33,154 nt of DNA from a virus (IMGVR_UViG_3300038365_000087:1-33154); one strand, 5' to 3'. Positions 16,231-24,827 are shown, numbered from the stretch's first letter. Numbers and translations are program-made. Notes: a model not told the origin generated them from the sequence alone.

Positions 16231-17019
16231 TCAATTAGCTGAATTAATTATGTTTGAGCAAATCATGCCCACAATTTCAGCATCTTCCCCATTATTAAAC
16301 TGAAATAACCCTGGCTTTTGTTGCCCTTCTTTACCGATTCTAATTCCATTGCCGAACAATTCTAAATCTATTATCTTTGCCCAGGTAGAAGTGAAGTTTT
16401 TCCTGTCACCGCGAAAAACAATGCGTTTATTTGTTATTATTAGTTCGCCAGCACTTACCGGGACAATCTCTTGGCTTGTTTCTACATGACCTCGAAAACC
16501 GCCTGTTCTGAAAGATACGCCTTTTGCAATACGCACACTAACTCCCCTAGAGCCCCCAATATATTGCCGTTTTGTTTTTTCCTCAAGCATGCTAGATGAT
16601 TGCACCCAGTGGACTTGCTCGTTTTTTTGCAAAGAAAGCCCCGACGCATTAACAACAGGCAATTCTCCTAATTCAATACTGTGCAAAAGCTTAAAACGCG
16701 CCAAATCTTTATAAGATCGAATTTTATCCTTGTCTGATACATTAAAGTGAGCCGAAAGCTTGGTGAGCATTGCATCTTCATCAGGCGATAGGCGGCGGTC
16801 TTGGGTTGTGTTTTTCAGGGCCAATGCGTAAAAGCGATTTTTCAATTTAATCCATGTCTTTTCATCAATATTCCATTCCATTCGCTTGGCCTCAATTTCG
16901 GCGATTTCATCCTCGTTTAAAACGCCATCATCTATTGCCCTAAGGAAGGCATCTTCAATTTCAGCTTTGGCCTTAGCCTGGACCTTTACGTTAGACACAA
17001 ACTCCCCTATCCATGACAT
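16231..17019 (-). CDS. Hypothetical protein, TerB-like N-terminus plus PH-like C-terminus
   Basis: Two helical motifs DDGVLNEDE and QDRRLSPDE; LQKNEQV...GELIITNKRIVF; abuts cI on the same strand. Confidence 0.6.
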   Translation of the reverse strand: MSWIGEFVSNVKVQAKAKAEIEDAFLRAIDDGVLNEDEIAEIEAKRMEWNIDEKTWIKLKNRFYALALKNTTQDRRLSPDEDAMLTKLSAHFNVSDKDKIRSYKDLARFKLLHSIELGELPVVNASGLSLQKNEQVHWVQSSSMLEEKTKRQYIGGSRGVSVRIAKGVSFRTGGFRGHVETSQEIVPVSAGELIITNKRIVFRGDRKNFTSTWAKIIDLELFGNGIRIGKEGQQKPGLFQFNNGEDAEIVGMICSNIINSAN

Positions 17020-17039
17020 CGGTAAACCTCCCCTTCAGG

Positions 17040-17654
17040 TTATATTCTCTTTCTAACCTCCATAACCCGACCCAAAATTAAAACTTCTTCTTGTTTGACA
17101 ATTTTAGGTTGGTACTTCTGGTTATCAGATTGCAATACGCAGTTTCCCTCATTACAGAACACTCGTTTAATGCACGCTTCTTCTTTGTCGAGCAAGACGA
17201 CTGCTACCTGTCCATTGTCCACTGCCGGCTGTTTGCGAATGAGGACTATGTCTCCAGGCGTGATAGTGGGTTCCATACTATCACCTTTGGCGTAGAGGGC
17301 GAAATGCTCCCCCTGCTCTGCAGTCTGCTTGTCGATGTAAATATAGCCCAATATCTCCTGGATGGCAGTAGACGAAGGACCACAAGGAGCAGAGCCCAAT
17401 ATCGGCACCGGGATATCCTCTTCCAATGTGAATGATTCAGGAATTAGTGCAGATAGATCTCGTCCCAATATCTCATCTGCGGGAACCTCAAATATGTCTG
17501 CTAAAAGACTAAGGGTTTTTGGATCAGGCGATGTACGCTCATTTTCATATTTAGAAATGGCCGCCTTTTTGACATTTAATTTTTCTCCTAACTGTTCCTG
17601 AGTAAGCCCCTTTTTTATTCGGAGCTGTCTTATACGGTTTCCCCAAGAAGCCAT
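17040..17654 (-). CDS. cI: CI-like repressor (XRE HTH plus S24 autopeptidase)
   Basis: LTQEQLGEKLNVKKAAISKYE HTH; probable C-G cleavage site (APCG); GDSM Ser and IKR Lys catalytic motifs. Confidence 0.93.
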   Translation of the reverse strand: MASWGNRIRQLRIKKGLTQEQLGEKLNVKKAAISKYENERTSPDPKTLSLLADIFEVPADEILGRDLSALIPESFTLEEDIPVPILGSAPCGPSSTAIQEILGYIYIDKQTAEQGEHFALYAKGDSMEPTITPGDIVLIRKQPAVDNGQVAVVLLDKEEACIKRVFCNEGNCVLQSDNQKYQPKIVKQEEVLILGRVMEVRKRI

Positions 17655-17673
17655 ATATTACCACCTCATTCAT

Positions 17674-17792
17674 ATTATATATTTCCATATTGGATACTGT
17701 CCAAGCAGTATCCATGTTAGATATTTTTTTTATAAAAGGGCTTGACAGTTTCCTAAAAGGAAACTAATATATAAGTATCCAAACAGGAAACA
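17674..17792. promoter_or_regulatory. Genetic switch: divergent promoters and four 19-bp operators AGTWTCC-N5-GGAWACT
   Basis: Rightward TTGACA(17742)-N17-TAATAT(17765); leftward TGGACA-N18-TATAAT (17703 to 17674); operators at 17680-17698, 17707-17725, 17747-17765 (perfect arms) and 17774-17792. Confidence 0.85.
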
Positions 17793-17806
17793 GGGAGGTG
17801 ACCAAC

Positions 17807-18052
17807 ATGGCATATGAAAAATTGAGAAACATTCGAAATGGTAAAGGCATTTCGGCTAGAGAAATGGCAGATTTATTGGGGCTTGTTACTGAGGCGGCAT
17901 ATTACAAAAAGGAAACTGGTGCAATCAAGTTTTCAGTTGAAGAAGCTAAATTGGTGTCAGATAAACTCGGAATGCCAATAAGTGAAATTTTTTTTGCAGA
18001 CGAAGTTTCCTGTTCAGATACTGATAACCAGCCCACGGGCACGGATGGTTGA
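17807..18052 (+). CDS. cro: Cro-like XRE regulator
   Basis: Small HTH protein divergent from cI; ATG 17807 follows SD GGGAGGTG. Confidence 0.85.
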   Translation: MAYEKLRNIRNGKGISAREMADLLGLVTEAAYYKKETGAIKFSVEEAKLVSDKLGMPISEIFFADEVSCSDTDNQPTGTDG

Positions 18053-18069
18053 GAGGGGGTGAAAAATTG

Positions 18070-18189
18070 ATGACCAAAGATGACTGGGACGAATATAAAG
18101 AAATAATTCGCACAGAGCCACTGGTCTATATCCCGGTAATCTGTGCGATAGGATCAATTATTTGTACATTACTGAGCCTTATTTTTTAA
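18070..18189 (+). CDS. 39-aa membrane peptide MTKDDWDEYKEIIRTEPLVYIPVICAIGSIICTLLSLIF
   Basis: SD GGGGGTG upstream; C-terminal hydrophobic helix; not in the ORF track. Confidence 0.55.
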   Translation: MTKDDWDEYKEIIRTEPLVYIPVICAIGSIICTLLSLIF

Positions 18190-18384
18190 CGTCTCATTGA
18201 TGTTGTGCAGAGCACCAGTAATGGATTCCAGCCTCATAGACAGAGGAAAATTAGGCTTTTTAGATTCATCAAGTTGTTCTTGCATAATCTGGGTTTGTTT
18301 ACGAGTCTGCCTAACCGAGATAACGGCGCAACCAATGCTTATGCAAGTAAAAGTCAAGTTAGCCAATGTAAAGTATAAGTCCAT
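18169..18384 (-). CDS. Small membrane-anchored protein, antisense to the early operon
   Basis: N-terminal TM helix followed by a coiled coil; SD AAAGGGGG and extended -10-like TGGTAAGAT upstream. Confidence 0.7.
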   Translation of the reverse strand: MDLYFTLANLTFTCISIGCAVISVRQTRKQTQIMQEQLDESKKPNFPLSMRLESITGALHNINETLKNKAQ

Positions 18385-18463
18385 CGGTGGATACCCCCTT
18401 TAGCTAAATCTTACCACACGGGGGAAGCCCACGGGCACCGACGGATAGGAAGGAGGCGGGAAA

Positions 18464-18700
18464 ATGTCAAGCTACACAGTTTTTCTTACAAAGTCAAGTA
18501 AAGCGGCTGCTGCCATAGCTAATGGCCACGATGATATCAACGGCTTAAAGGGTGTTAGTTATGGCTCATTATACAGCGAAGGACACAAAGCAGGTTTCAT
18601 CCCCGCAATTTACCACAATCAAGGATATTTCTACTGCATTGTGGAGCATGAAAACTCGGATGATCTCAAGGCGCCTGAATACGAGCTGATTATTTGCTAA
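18464..18700 (+). CDS. Hypothetical protein
   Basis: SD AAGGAGG; in the early operon. Confidence 0.75.
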   Translation: MSSYTVFLTKSSKAAAAIANGHDDINGLKGVSYGSLYSEGHKAGFIPAIYHNQGYFYCIVEHENSDDLKAPEYELIIC

Positions 18701-18725
18701 GAAGCCAGTAATACAAATCCTAGAT

Positions 18726-18852
18726 TGATCTTTGACAACCGCATACCCTTCGCCTAAAAGCAGAGCAATGGGCCAGTAGTGACTGAGGGATGCCGGCCGT
18801 AAGGTGACTGGATTGTCCCGGTGAACGCCCAGGGTAGAAATTCAAAGAAGGG
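18726..18852 (+). ncRNA. Candidate boxA-like site plus multi-hairpin structured RNA
   Basis: TGATCTTTGACAA followed by a CCCTTC...GAAGGG enclosing stem and several internal hairpins, one with a GUAA tetraloop; folded by eye only. Confidence 0.4.
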
Positions 18853-18902
18853 ATTTATAAGCAAATTATCCCCATAAATACATCATGAGAGGAGGGACAA
18901 CC

Positions 18903-19148
18903 ATGCAGAATGCAGCTGAAGCTTCAGATGGCAGAGTATATGACCCTGCATCAGAACTACCTTATATCCTTAAGACCGAGGATGTCGCCAAGATGTTAAG
19001 CGTTTGCAACGCGACCGCACTTAAAGAGATCCGTAATGCCGAAAAAAAAGGCGTCCTGGTCCGTTGGATTGGGAAAGGAAATCAGCCGCGAGTAAACCGG
19101 GATAGCTTTTGTGCCTATTTGGAATCGAAGCCCCGTAGATCTATTTAA
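18903..19148 (+). CDS. xis: Excisionase-like HTH_17 protein
   Basis: ELPYILKTEDVAKML...RVNRDSFCAYL pattern; ATG 18903 after SD GAGGAGG. Confidence 0.7.
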   Translation: MQNAAEASDGRVYDPASELPYILKTEDVAKMLSVCNATALKEIRNAEKKGVLVRWIGKGNQPRVNRDSFCAYLESKPRRSI

Positions 19149-19200
19149 TTATCAAAGAACCATTATAACCTAACTTTATACGGAAGGGAGGGAAGAGAGG

Positions 19201-19668
19201 ATGTTTAAAGAGGCACGTAATCAGGCAGGAATGAGCAGAGATGAGGCAGCATTTAGGCTCCATATCGGCAGCCGTACGCTTACTAACTATGAGCACGGGT
19301 TTACTGTTACACCACCGGAGATAGCTTTAAAGATGCAAAAAATGTACCGAGACCCGACACTTACGGCAAGATATTGCTCAAACTATTGTCCCATTGGGCA
19401 GATATTTGCTCACCAGGTACCCGAACACAATAACCTCTGTCAGGCGGTACTGGGGCTCCTAAAAGAGCAGAACGATGTGGAGCAGATCAGAACCAAATTG
19501 ATTGAGATTACAGCAGACGGAATTGTAGAGCAAAATGAGTTGCCGGCCTTTGAACTGGTGATGGAAGAGCTCCTGGACCTGGAGAAAAAGATCGAAGAGG
19601 TCAAATTACAGGCGGCCAGTATACTTTCGATACCGGACATGATGCGGAAAAGAAAAAAGACCGCATAA
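19201..19668 (+). CDS. XRE HTH regulator with CII-like helical C-terminus
   Basis: MSRDEAAFRLHIGSRTLTNYE HTH; YCSNYCPIG; ITADGIVEQNE motif. Confidence 0.75.
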   Translation: MFKEARNQAGMSRDEAAFRLHIGSRTLTNYEHGFTVTPPEIALKMQKMYRDPTLTARYCSNYCPIGQIFAHQVPEHNNLCQAVLGLLKEQNDVEQIRTKLIEITADGIVEQNELPAFELVMEELLDLEKKIEEVKLQAASILSIPDMMRKRKKTA

Positions 19669-19747
19669 TTGCGGCCAAACAAAAAATTTCCTACTACGAA
19701 TATACCACAGCCCCGGTCATGGGGCAAGAGAAAGGAGAATCAAAGGC

Positions 19748-20002
19748 ATGGAGCTGATTAAAAAACTCAACTTAGAGATTTTGGTTTACAAATACGAAGA
19801 CCAGGCAATGCAGGCCAGTCACGCGGATAACATGCTGGCGCAAGGCTACGAGATTGGTTACATGGGTGAATGCTACTTAGGAACAGAGTCGACCACATCT
19901 TCTTTTTGCAATAAATCAAACTGGTATTTAACTACTGAGTTCAAGAAGGAGAAAAAAGAGGAACTGTTCGGAGATTACCAGATTCAGACTATTGTTTATT
20001 AA
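19748..20002 (+). CDS. Hypothetical protein
   Basis: SD AAGGAG; operon context. Confidence 0.65.
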   Translation: MELIKKLNLEILVYKYEDQAMQASHADNMLAQGYEIGYMGECYLGTESTTSSFCNKSNWYLTTEFKKEKKEELFGDYQIQTIVY

Positions 20003-20069
20003 TATCCCGGGCTACCTGCTCGTGGTGTTGGCACGGGCGGGCGGCCCAATAGAAGGAGGCATATAAACT

Positions 20070-20432
20070 ATGGATTTAACCCAATTGAAAGAAGCCATAA
20101 ACCTTATTAAAAAGGGCGAACAAATGAAACTTGAAGGACAGCGGATCATAGACTATGCCATGTCAGAGTTAAAAGAAACACCTCTGCAAATCCTTGGCTA
20201 CCAGAACTATTTTACCCCGATTTTACAGGCTTTGGACAAAAAAGTATTTACTGCATTGTTCCCCAACTATATTATTAAGCCTTTTAATATTGAGAATAGC
20301 GATTACAAAACCAGACTTACTGCAGAATTTAACGGATTTGAAATTATGGTGTTGTCGCAAGACCCGATGCCCCAGGGTACAACAATGGTTTGCGTTAGCA
20401 AGCTCCCGGTTAACGAGAAGGAGGCGGTATAA
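20070..20432 (+). CDS. Hypothetical protein
   Basis: SD AAGGAGG; operon context. Confidence 0.75.
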   Translation: MDLTQLKEAINLIKKGEQMKLEGQRIIDYAMSELKETPLQILGYQNYFTPILQALDKKVFTALFPNYIIKPFNIENSDYKTRLTAEFNGFEIMVLSQDPMPQGTTMVCVSKLPVNEKEAV

Positions 20433-20433
20433 A

Positions 20434-20739
20434 ATGACAAACGTAATTAAGGTTAAATTTTTGCGTAATGGTAAGCCCTCCGGCCGGGCATATACCTACT
20501 ACACCCCGGAAGAGGTCGCGGTGGGCGATATCGTAGAGCTGAACTCCAGGGATGGCATTGCTAAAGGCGTAGTTACCCAGGTCGATGTACCGGAAGAAGA
20601 GATCCTGGTGTTTGGGGATGGGGCAAAGTCCATAATCGGCAAGGCTCCAGAAGATAGCCCGACCGTAGCGGGGCCAGCCAAAAGATTTGATATCCAAAAA
20701 GACATAAACGAAGCACTGGAAGATATTGATGCTTCCTGA
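20434..20739 (+). CDS. Conserved-type phage hypothetical protein (MTNVIKVKF...YTYYTPEEVAVGDIV)
   Basis: ATG 20434 after SD AAGGAGG; the longer ORF-track start overlaps the upstream gene. Confidence 0.75.
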   Translation: MTNVIKVKFLRNGKPSGRAYTYYTPEEVAVGDIVELNSRDGIAKGVVTQVDVPEEEILVFGDGAKSIIGKAPEDSPTVAGPAKRFDIQKDINEALEDIDAS

Positions 20740-21355
20740 AATCACGGGTCTAAAATTCTACCCCCAAACACACCAATACATCCTACAGCAGGGCTCCGTG
20801 AGCCTGCAGCTTCCATCAGTAACCCAGATTATACAACTGATTTCCAACGAATGCTACGGCCAGATAGACCCGGTCACGCTGCATAAAGCGGCTGACCGGG
20901 GTACCCGGGTGCATGAGGCCATAGAACTGATAGACCAATGCGGTTGGGCTCCTACGGAAGAAGATACCGCGGGCTATATTGAAGCCTACAAGCATTGGGG
21001 ACGAGATTACGAACCGGAGATCCTTGCCACCGAGTGGAGAGGCTACCACCGTACCATGCTATATGCTGGTACGGGCGATAAAATAATCCGGCTGTACGAC
21101 CAAAAAGGGCTAATAATAGTCGACGTCAAGACCAGCAGTATATATCATCCGCTACTGGTCGACATCCAACTGGCAGGGTATACCTTGATGCTGGAGTCAT
21201 GGCCGGACATAAAAATAGCTGAGGCATATGGGCTGCAACTCAAACCTGACGGAACCTACCGTTTCTATCAAACCCAGGACCTATCCAGGGCAAAAAGCTA
21301 TTTCATGATGTGCTACGCGCTGCATAACGCAGTTCAAAAATCAAAGGAGGCATAA
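20726..21355 (+). CDS. PD-(D/E)XK exonuclease
   Basis: PSVTQI...AADRGTRVH...E...YAGTGD...IVDVKT...QLAGY motifs. Confidence 0.85.
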   Translation: MMLPEITGLKFYPQTHQYILQQGSVSLQLPSVTQIIQLISNECYGQIDPVTLHKAADRGTRVHEAIELIDQCGWAPTEEDTAGYIEAYKHWGRDYEPEILATEWRGYHRTMLYAGTGDKIIRLYDQKGLIIVDVKTSSIYHPLLVDIQLAGYTLMLESWPDIKIAEAYGLQLKPDGTYRFYQTQDLSRAKSYFMMCYALHNAVQKSKEA

Positions 21356-21359
21356 CCCT

Positions 21360-22055
21360 ATGCAGGAAGTAAACACAATGCCCATAGAAGCCGAACCAAC
21401 CATAGAAAATGAGCAGAAGTCATCTGCTCTTAAAATCCTTGAACAGGCCAAACTGCTGTCAATCAACAGCCCCACCGATTATGATGGGGCTGCCGCCTTT
21501 ACCAAGCAGGTAAAGTCCCTATCGAAGCGGATTAAAGACTACTGGGAGCCCCTCAAGAAGTCGGCCCGGGCATCCTGGCAGTCACTGGTGGACCGGGAGA
21601 AAGAACTGCTTACCCCGCTGGAACAGGCCGAGACCGAGGTTAAAAAGAAGATGGCGGCCTATCAGAAGAAAGTCCAGGAAGAGGAGCGAGCCGCCCGGCT
21701 ACTGGCCGAGAAGCTGGCCCGGGAAGAGGCTGAGCGGCTGCTCCAACAGGCCGCTGAGGCAGCGGACCAGGGGAACCAAATAGAGAGCGAGATACTGCTG
21801 GCCCAGGCTGAGGTAGTTGAAAACGTGCAGCCGGCAGTGCAAGTACAAAGACCGACCGCCACCGGCGTATCCACCCGGACTTTATATCGGGCAAAGATTC
21901 TGGACGAGTCCAAGGTACCGGTTGCAGTGGCCGGCGTAACCATAAGGCCAGTGGACCTATCGGCTATAAACAAACTGGCTCAGGCCAGCAAGGGCAAGCT
22001 GCAGATTCCCGGCATTGAAATCTATGAAGAACAGTCCGTAGCAGTACGGGCTTAA
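21360..22055 (+). CDS. Coiled-coil protein of the recombination module
   Basis: Long E/A/K-rich helix; C-terminal IPGIEIYEE motif common in such phage proteins. Confidence 0.7.
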   Translation: MQEVNTMPIEAEPTIENEQKSSALKILEQAKLLSINSPTDYDGAAAFTKQVKSLSKRIKDYWEPLKKSARASWQSLVDREKELLTPLEQAETEVKKKMAAYQKKVQEEERAARLLAEKLAREEAERLLQQAAEAADQGNQIESEILLAQAEVVENVQPAVQVQRPTATGVSTRTLYRAKILDESKVPVAVAGVTIRPVDLSAINKLAQASKGKLQIPGIEIYEEQSVAVRA

Positions 22056-22066
22056 AGGAGGTCGCC

Positions 22067-22963
22067 ATGAACGAACAAATCACTGCGCTGTCTGTTATTG
22101 ACAGCATTGATACAAATATCGTTGCCAGGACTATGGACAAGATACATGCCTTCCAGCAGGTCATCCAACAGGCGGTAAAGCCGGGGCATGATATCGGTAT
22201 CATCCCCGGTACCGACAAGCCAACGCTGTTAAAACCCGGGGCCGAAAAAATAGTCATGATGATGGGCTTGTCCAGCCGATATGAAATCATGGACAAGGTC
22301 GAGGACTATGATAAAGGGTTCTTCTCCTACAATGTTAAATGCGTCCTCTCCCGTAACGATTACGACATCTGCGAAGGGGTAGGGAATTGTAACAGCCGTG
22401 AATCCAAATATGTGAAAGCCGACCCTTATAGTATAGCCAACACCATCTTAAAAATGGCAAAAAAAAGAGCCTATGTAGATGCTGCCCTGTCGGTAGCCAG
22501 TCTATCCGATATCTTCACCCAGGACCTTGAGGATATGCCGGATATGCACATAAGGGGAAGCAATGCTACTCATCAAGCTAACCAGGGCAAGGCGCTCAAA
22601 GAGCAAGTAATTACCTTTGGTAAGCACAAAGGCCGGACGTTGGGTGATCTGCTGCAAAATGAGCATGGATACTGCGAATGGATGGCAAACAAGGCTAACA
22701 ATGAAAGATGGACTCCTGTGTTTCAGCAATTGCTTGAAGAGGAGGCGGCCAAGATTCCTGCAGATCCTGAAACCGGAGAGGCTGAGGACGCCGGTGACAT
22801 TCCTCCGGCCGTCTTGAGGATGGCCGACAAGGCCGGCATGACTACAGAAGATTTTTTCCAGTTCGTAGATGAAAAATACGGCAAACCGTGGAGAGAATTG
22901 ACCGGCAACGAAAAGAGCGAAGTTACTAAACATCTGCATGAATTAGGCCAGGCCGGGGCGTAA
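22067..22963 (+). CDS. Putative single-strand annealing protein with ExoX-like FGKHKG domain
   Basis: GIIPGTDKPTLLKPGAEKI...GNCNSRE...NTILKMAKKRAYVDA...FTQDLED; lies near the exonuclease. Confidence 0.6.
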   Translation: MNEQITALSVIDSIDTNIVARTMDKIHAFQQVIQQAVKPGHDIGIIPGTDKPTLLKPGAEKIVMMMGLSSRYEIMDKVEDYDKGFFSYNVKCVLSRNDYDICEGVGNCNSRESKYVKADPYSIANTILKMAKKRAYVDAALSVASLSDIFTQDLEDMPDMHIRGSNATHQANQGKALKEQVITFGKHKGRTLGDLLQNEHGYCEWMANKANNERWTPVFQQLLEEEAAKIPADPETGEAEDAGDIPPAVLRMADKAGMTTEDFFQFVDEKYGKPWRELTGNEKSEVTKHLHELGQAGA

Positions 22964-23068
22964 GCCCTGGCCCTCTGATTTAGCGCCGTTGTGCAAGAAG
23001 GCTAACGCCTAAAAATTTTACCCTGCTTTACTGCTAAATTAAGGATATATAGGAAAGGGGAACTAATT

Positions 23069-23569
23069 ATGCAGATCACATTGGATTGGTTGAGAGAAAA
23101 AGAAGCTTGCTCGGAATCAATGCTGCGATTTAAACATACTTTTCCCGAGGGTGCTGAATATCAGGACGTTCTGGATGCTTTAGCAAAAGAAAATAAAGCA
23201 GATTGGGCTGCATGGCTGATGAAAGAAGCCGGGTCGACAAATGATGTACTGGAAGTTGAATCCCTGGAAGTGGAATGTAGCCTGTTTTTCGCCGGCCAAA
23301 TCAAAATCAAAGGGCTTGTAAAAATCGCAAAATGGCTCTTAGCTGGCGGGGGTATCGAAGCTGGCGGGGGTATCAAAGCTGGCTGGGGTATCAAAGCTGG
23401 CGGGGGTATCGAAGCTGGCGCCGATTTCGGAATATACGCTGGGTTGAGAGTGAGGATATCTCAAAAAACTCAATATGCAATTGTAAAGGCCAAAGAGCTA
23501 CCGAAAAATCTGTTATTAGGAACCTTTAAACAGAATGATAATTCAAACGACGAAGTAAAAACAGCATGA
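23069..23569 (+). CDS. Phage protein with GGI(E/K)AG hexapeptide repeats (predicted beta-helix)
   Basis: N-terminal ITLDWLREKEAC domain followed by tandem hexapeptides. Confidence 0.8.
   Translation: MQITLDWLREKEACSESMLRFKHTFPEGAEYQDVLDALAKENKADWAAWLMKEAGSTNDVLEVESLEVECSLFFAGQIKIKGLVKIAKWLLAGGGIEAGGGIKAGWGIKAGGGIEAGADFGIYAGLRVRISQKTQYAIVKAKELPKNLLLGTFKQNDNSNDEVKTA
23341..23420 (+). repeat. 18-bp coding tandem repeat, about 4.4 copies
   Basis: AGCTGGC(G/T)GGGGTATC(G/A)A units start at 23341, 23359, 23377, 23395 and 23413 (partial). Confidence 0.9.
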
Positions 23570-23598
23570 ACACCTCAGATTGGAGGGAAGTGTAGCCA

Positions 23599-23784
23599 AT
23601 GCAGAGTGTACAGGCCCGGCACTTGCAGCAGTGGGTGGAGGACCAAGTTGCCATAGAAGAACCGACAGCAGATGATTTTGCGAAATGGATGGACAAGATA
23701 GGCCAGGTGCTTATATACCTGGCCTTGTTCTTCGGAACCATAACCCTGGTTGCACAGGTGGGCATATGGAGAGGCTGGTGGTAA
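23599..23784 (+). CDS. Small membrane protein
   Basis: SD GGAGG; C-terminal TM helix. Confidence 0.6.
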   Translation: MQSVQARHLQQWVEDQVAIEEPTADDFAKWMDKIGQVLIYLALFFGTITLVAQVGIWRGWW

Positions 23785-23786
23785 GT

Positions 23787-23939
23787 GTGGCTAATGATGT
23801 AAGGTGTTGCGGTACCTGTAAGTTTTGGGTACCGGAAACCAAGGAAGTAAAGCCCCCATGGTCGCATTGCGGCATAAACGGGAAAACGAAAGTAGAGGAC
23901 GATAAGCCCTGTCTGGCGTGGATTTTGAAAAAGCAATAG
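23787..23939 (+). CDS. Small Cys-rich (Zn-binding) protein
   Basis: CCGTCKFW...HC...PC; GTG start just after the previous stop. Confidence 0.6.
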   Translation: MANDVRCCGTCKFWVPETKEVKPPWSHCGINGKTKVEDDKPCLAWILKKQ

Positions 23940-23952
23940 GGGAGGGTAGTAC

Positions 23953-24795
23953 GTGGCAGGCACACAGTCAGATCAATATACAAAGATACCTAATGATATC
24001 TTAGAAAAAATTATGGAAAGCAAACTCAACGGTACTCAGGTGAAATTAATTATGGCTGTGTGCCGTTTTACTTTTGGCTTTCAGAGGGAATCTGCTGAAC
24101 TGTCAATATCATTCTTATCAGAAGCTACCGGCATTAATCCCCGTAATATCCGCAGAGAACTGGAAATATTAACAAGAAGGAATATAATCCTTGCGCATAG
24201 TGAGCAGCATGGAACCAGGGCCCGGACCATTGGAATCAATAAAGAGGTAAATCAGTGGCTAGAGAGGGTCAAATCACCCCCACTAGATGATGTTAGAGAG
24301 GGTCAGTTGACCCCCTCTGAAAACATTAGGGAGGGTCAGCTCGCCCCCCCTAGAGAGGGCGAATTCACCCCCTCTAGAGAGGGTCAATTGACCCCCCAAG
24401 AAATAAAAAAAGAAAACTATAAAGAAAATATATATAGTATTTCTGCTCGCAAGGTTTTTTCAGTTTGGAATGAGCAAGGTATTATCTCTCACAGAGAATT
24501 AACTGAGGATATTAGTAAAGCTATTACTTCTTCATTGAAAAAGTATGGATTAGAAAAAGTAGTTTTGGCTGTTCAGCGATACGCAAAAATGTATCATGAC
24601 CCAGGCTACTTTTTTTCTTACAAGTGGACTCTTATCAATTTCTTAAGTAGGAAGAAGGGGCTTCCCGATTTCCTAGATGGCGGAGAGAAATGGGAGAACT
24701 ATCAAGCTCGTGGGCAGCCTAAGACTAAATTCAAGGCACCTGTTGACGATCTGGGGGACCCGGTACCGGGCGCCCAGGATATGACACCAATATGA
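23953..24795 (+). CDS. Replication initiator (lambda O-like N-terminus)
   Basis: YTKIPNDILEKI...RFTFGF...LSEATGI wHTH; internal repeats encoding REGQLTP. Confidence 0.88.
   Translation: MAGTQSDQYTKIPNDILEKIMESKLNGTQVKLIMAVCRFTFGFQRESAELSISFLSEATGINPRNIRRELEILTRRNIILAHSEQHGTRARTIGINKEVNQWLERVKSPPLDDVREGQLTPSENIREGQLAPPREGEFTPSREGQLTPQEIKKENYKENIYSISARKVFSVWNEQGIISHRELTEDISKAITSSLKKYGLEKVVLAVQRYAKMYHDPGYFFSYKWTLINFLSRKKGLPDFLDGGEKWENYQARGQPKTKFKAPVDDLGDPVPGAQDMTPI
24260..24397. repeat. Replication origin iterons (5 copies, TAGRGAGGGYSARNTSRCCCCC)
   Basis: Five quasi-palindromic repeats inside the initiator gene, followed by an A-rich tract (about 24398-24440). Confidence 0.85.
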
Positions 24796-24827
24796 CACGT
24801 ATGTGTTATGTGAGGGAGGTTTTAGCT

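Noticed and set aside
18746-18852. Hammerhead, twister or twister-sister ribozyme
   Set aside because: Only superficial resemblance; I could not place the required cores (CUGANGA with GAAA, or the twister-sister cleavage-site motif).
20726-21355. CRISPR-associated Cas4
   Set aside because: No four-Cys Fe-S motif; context fits a phage recombination exonuclease.
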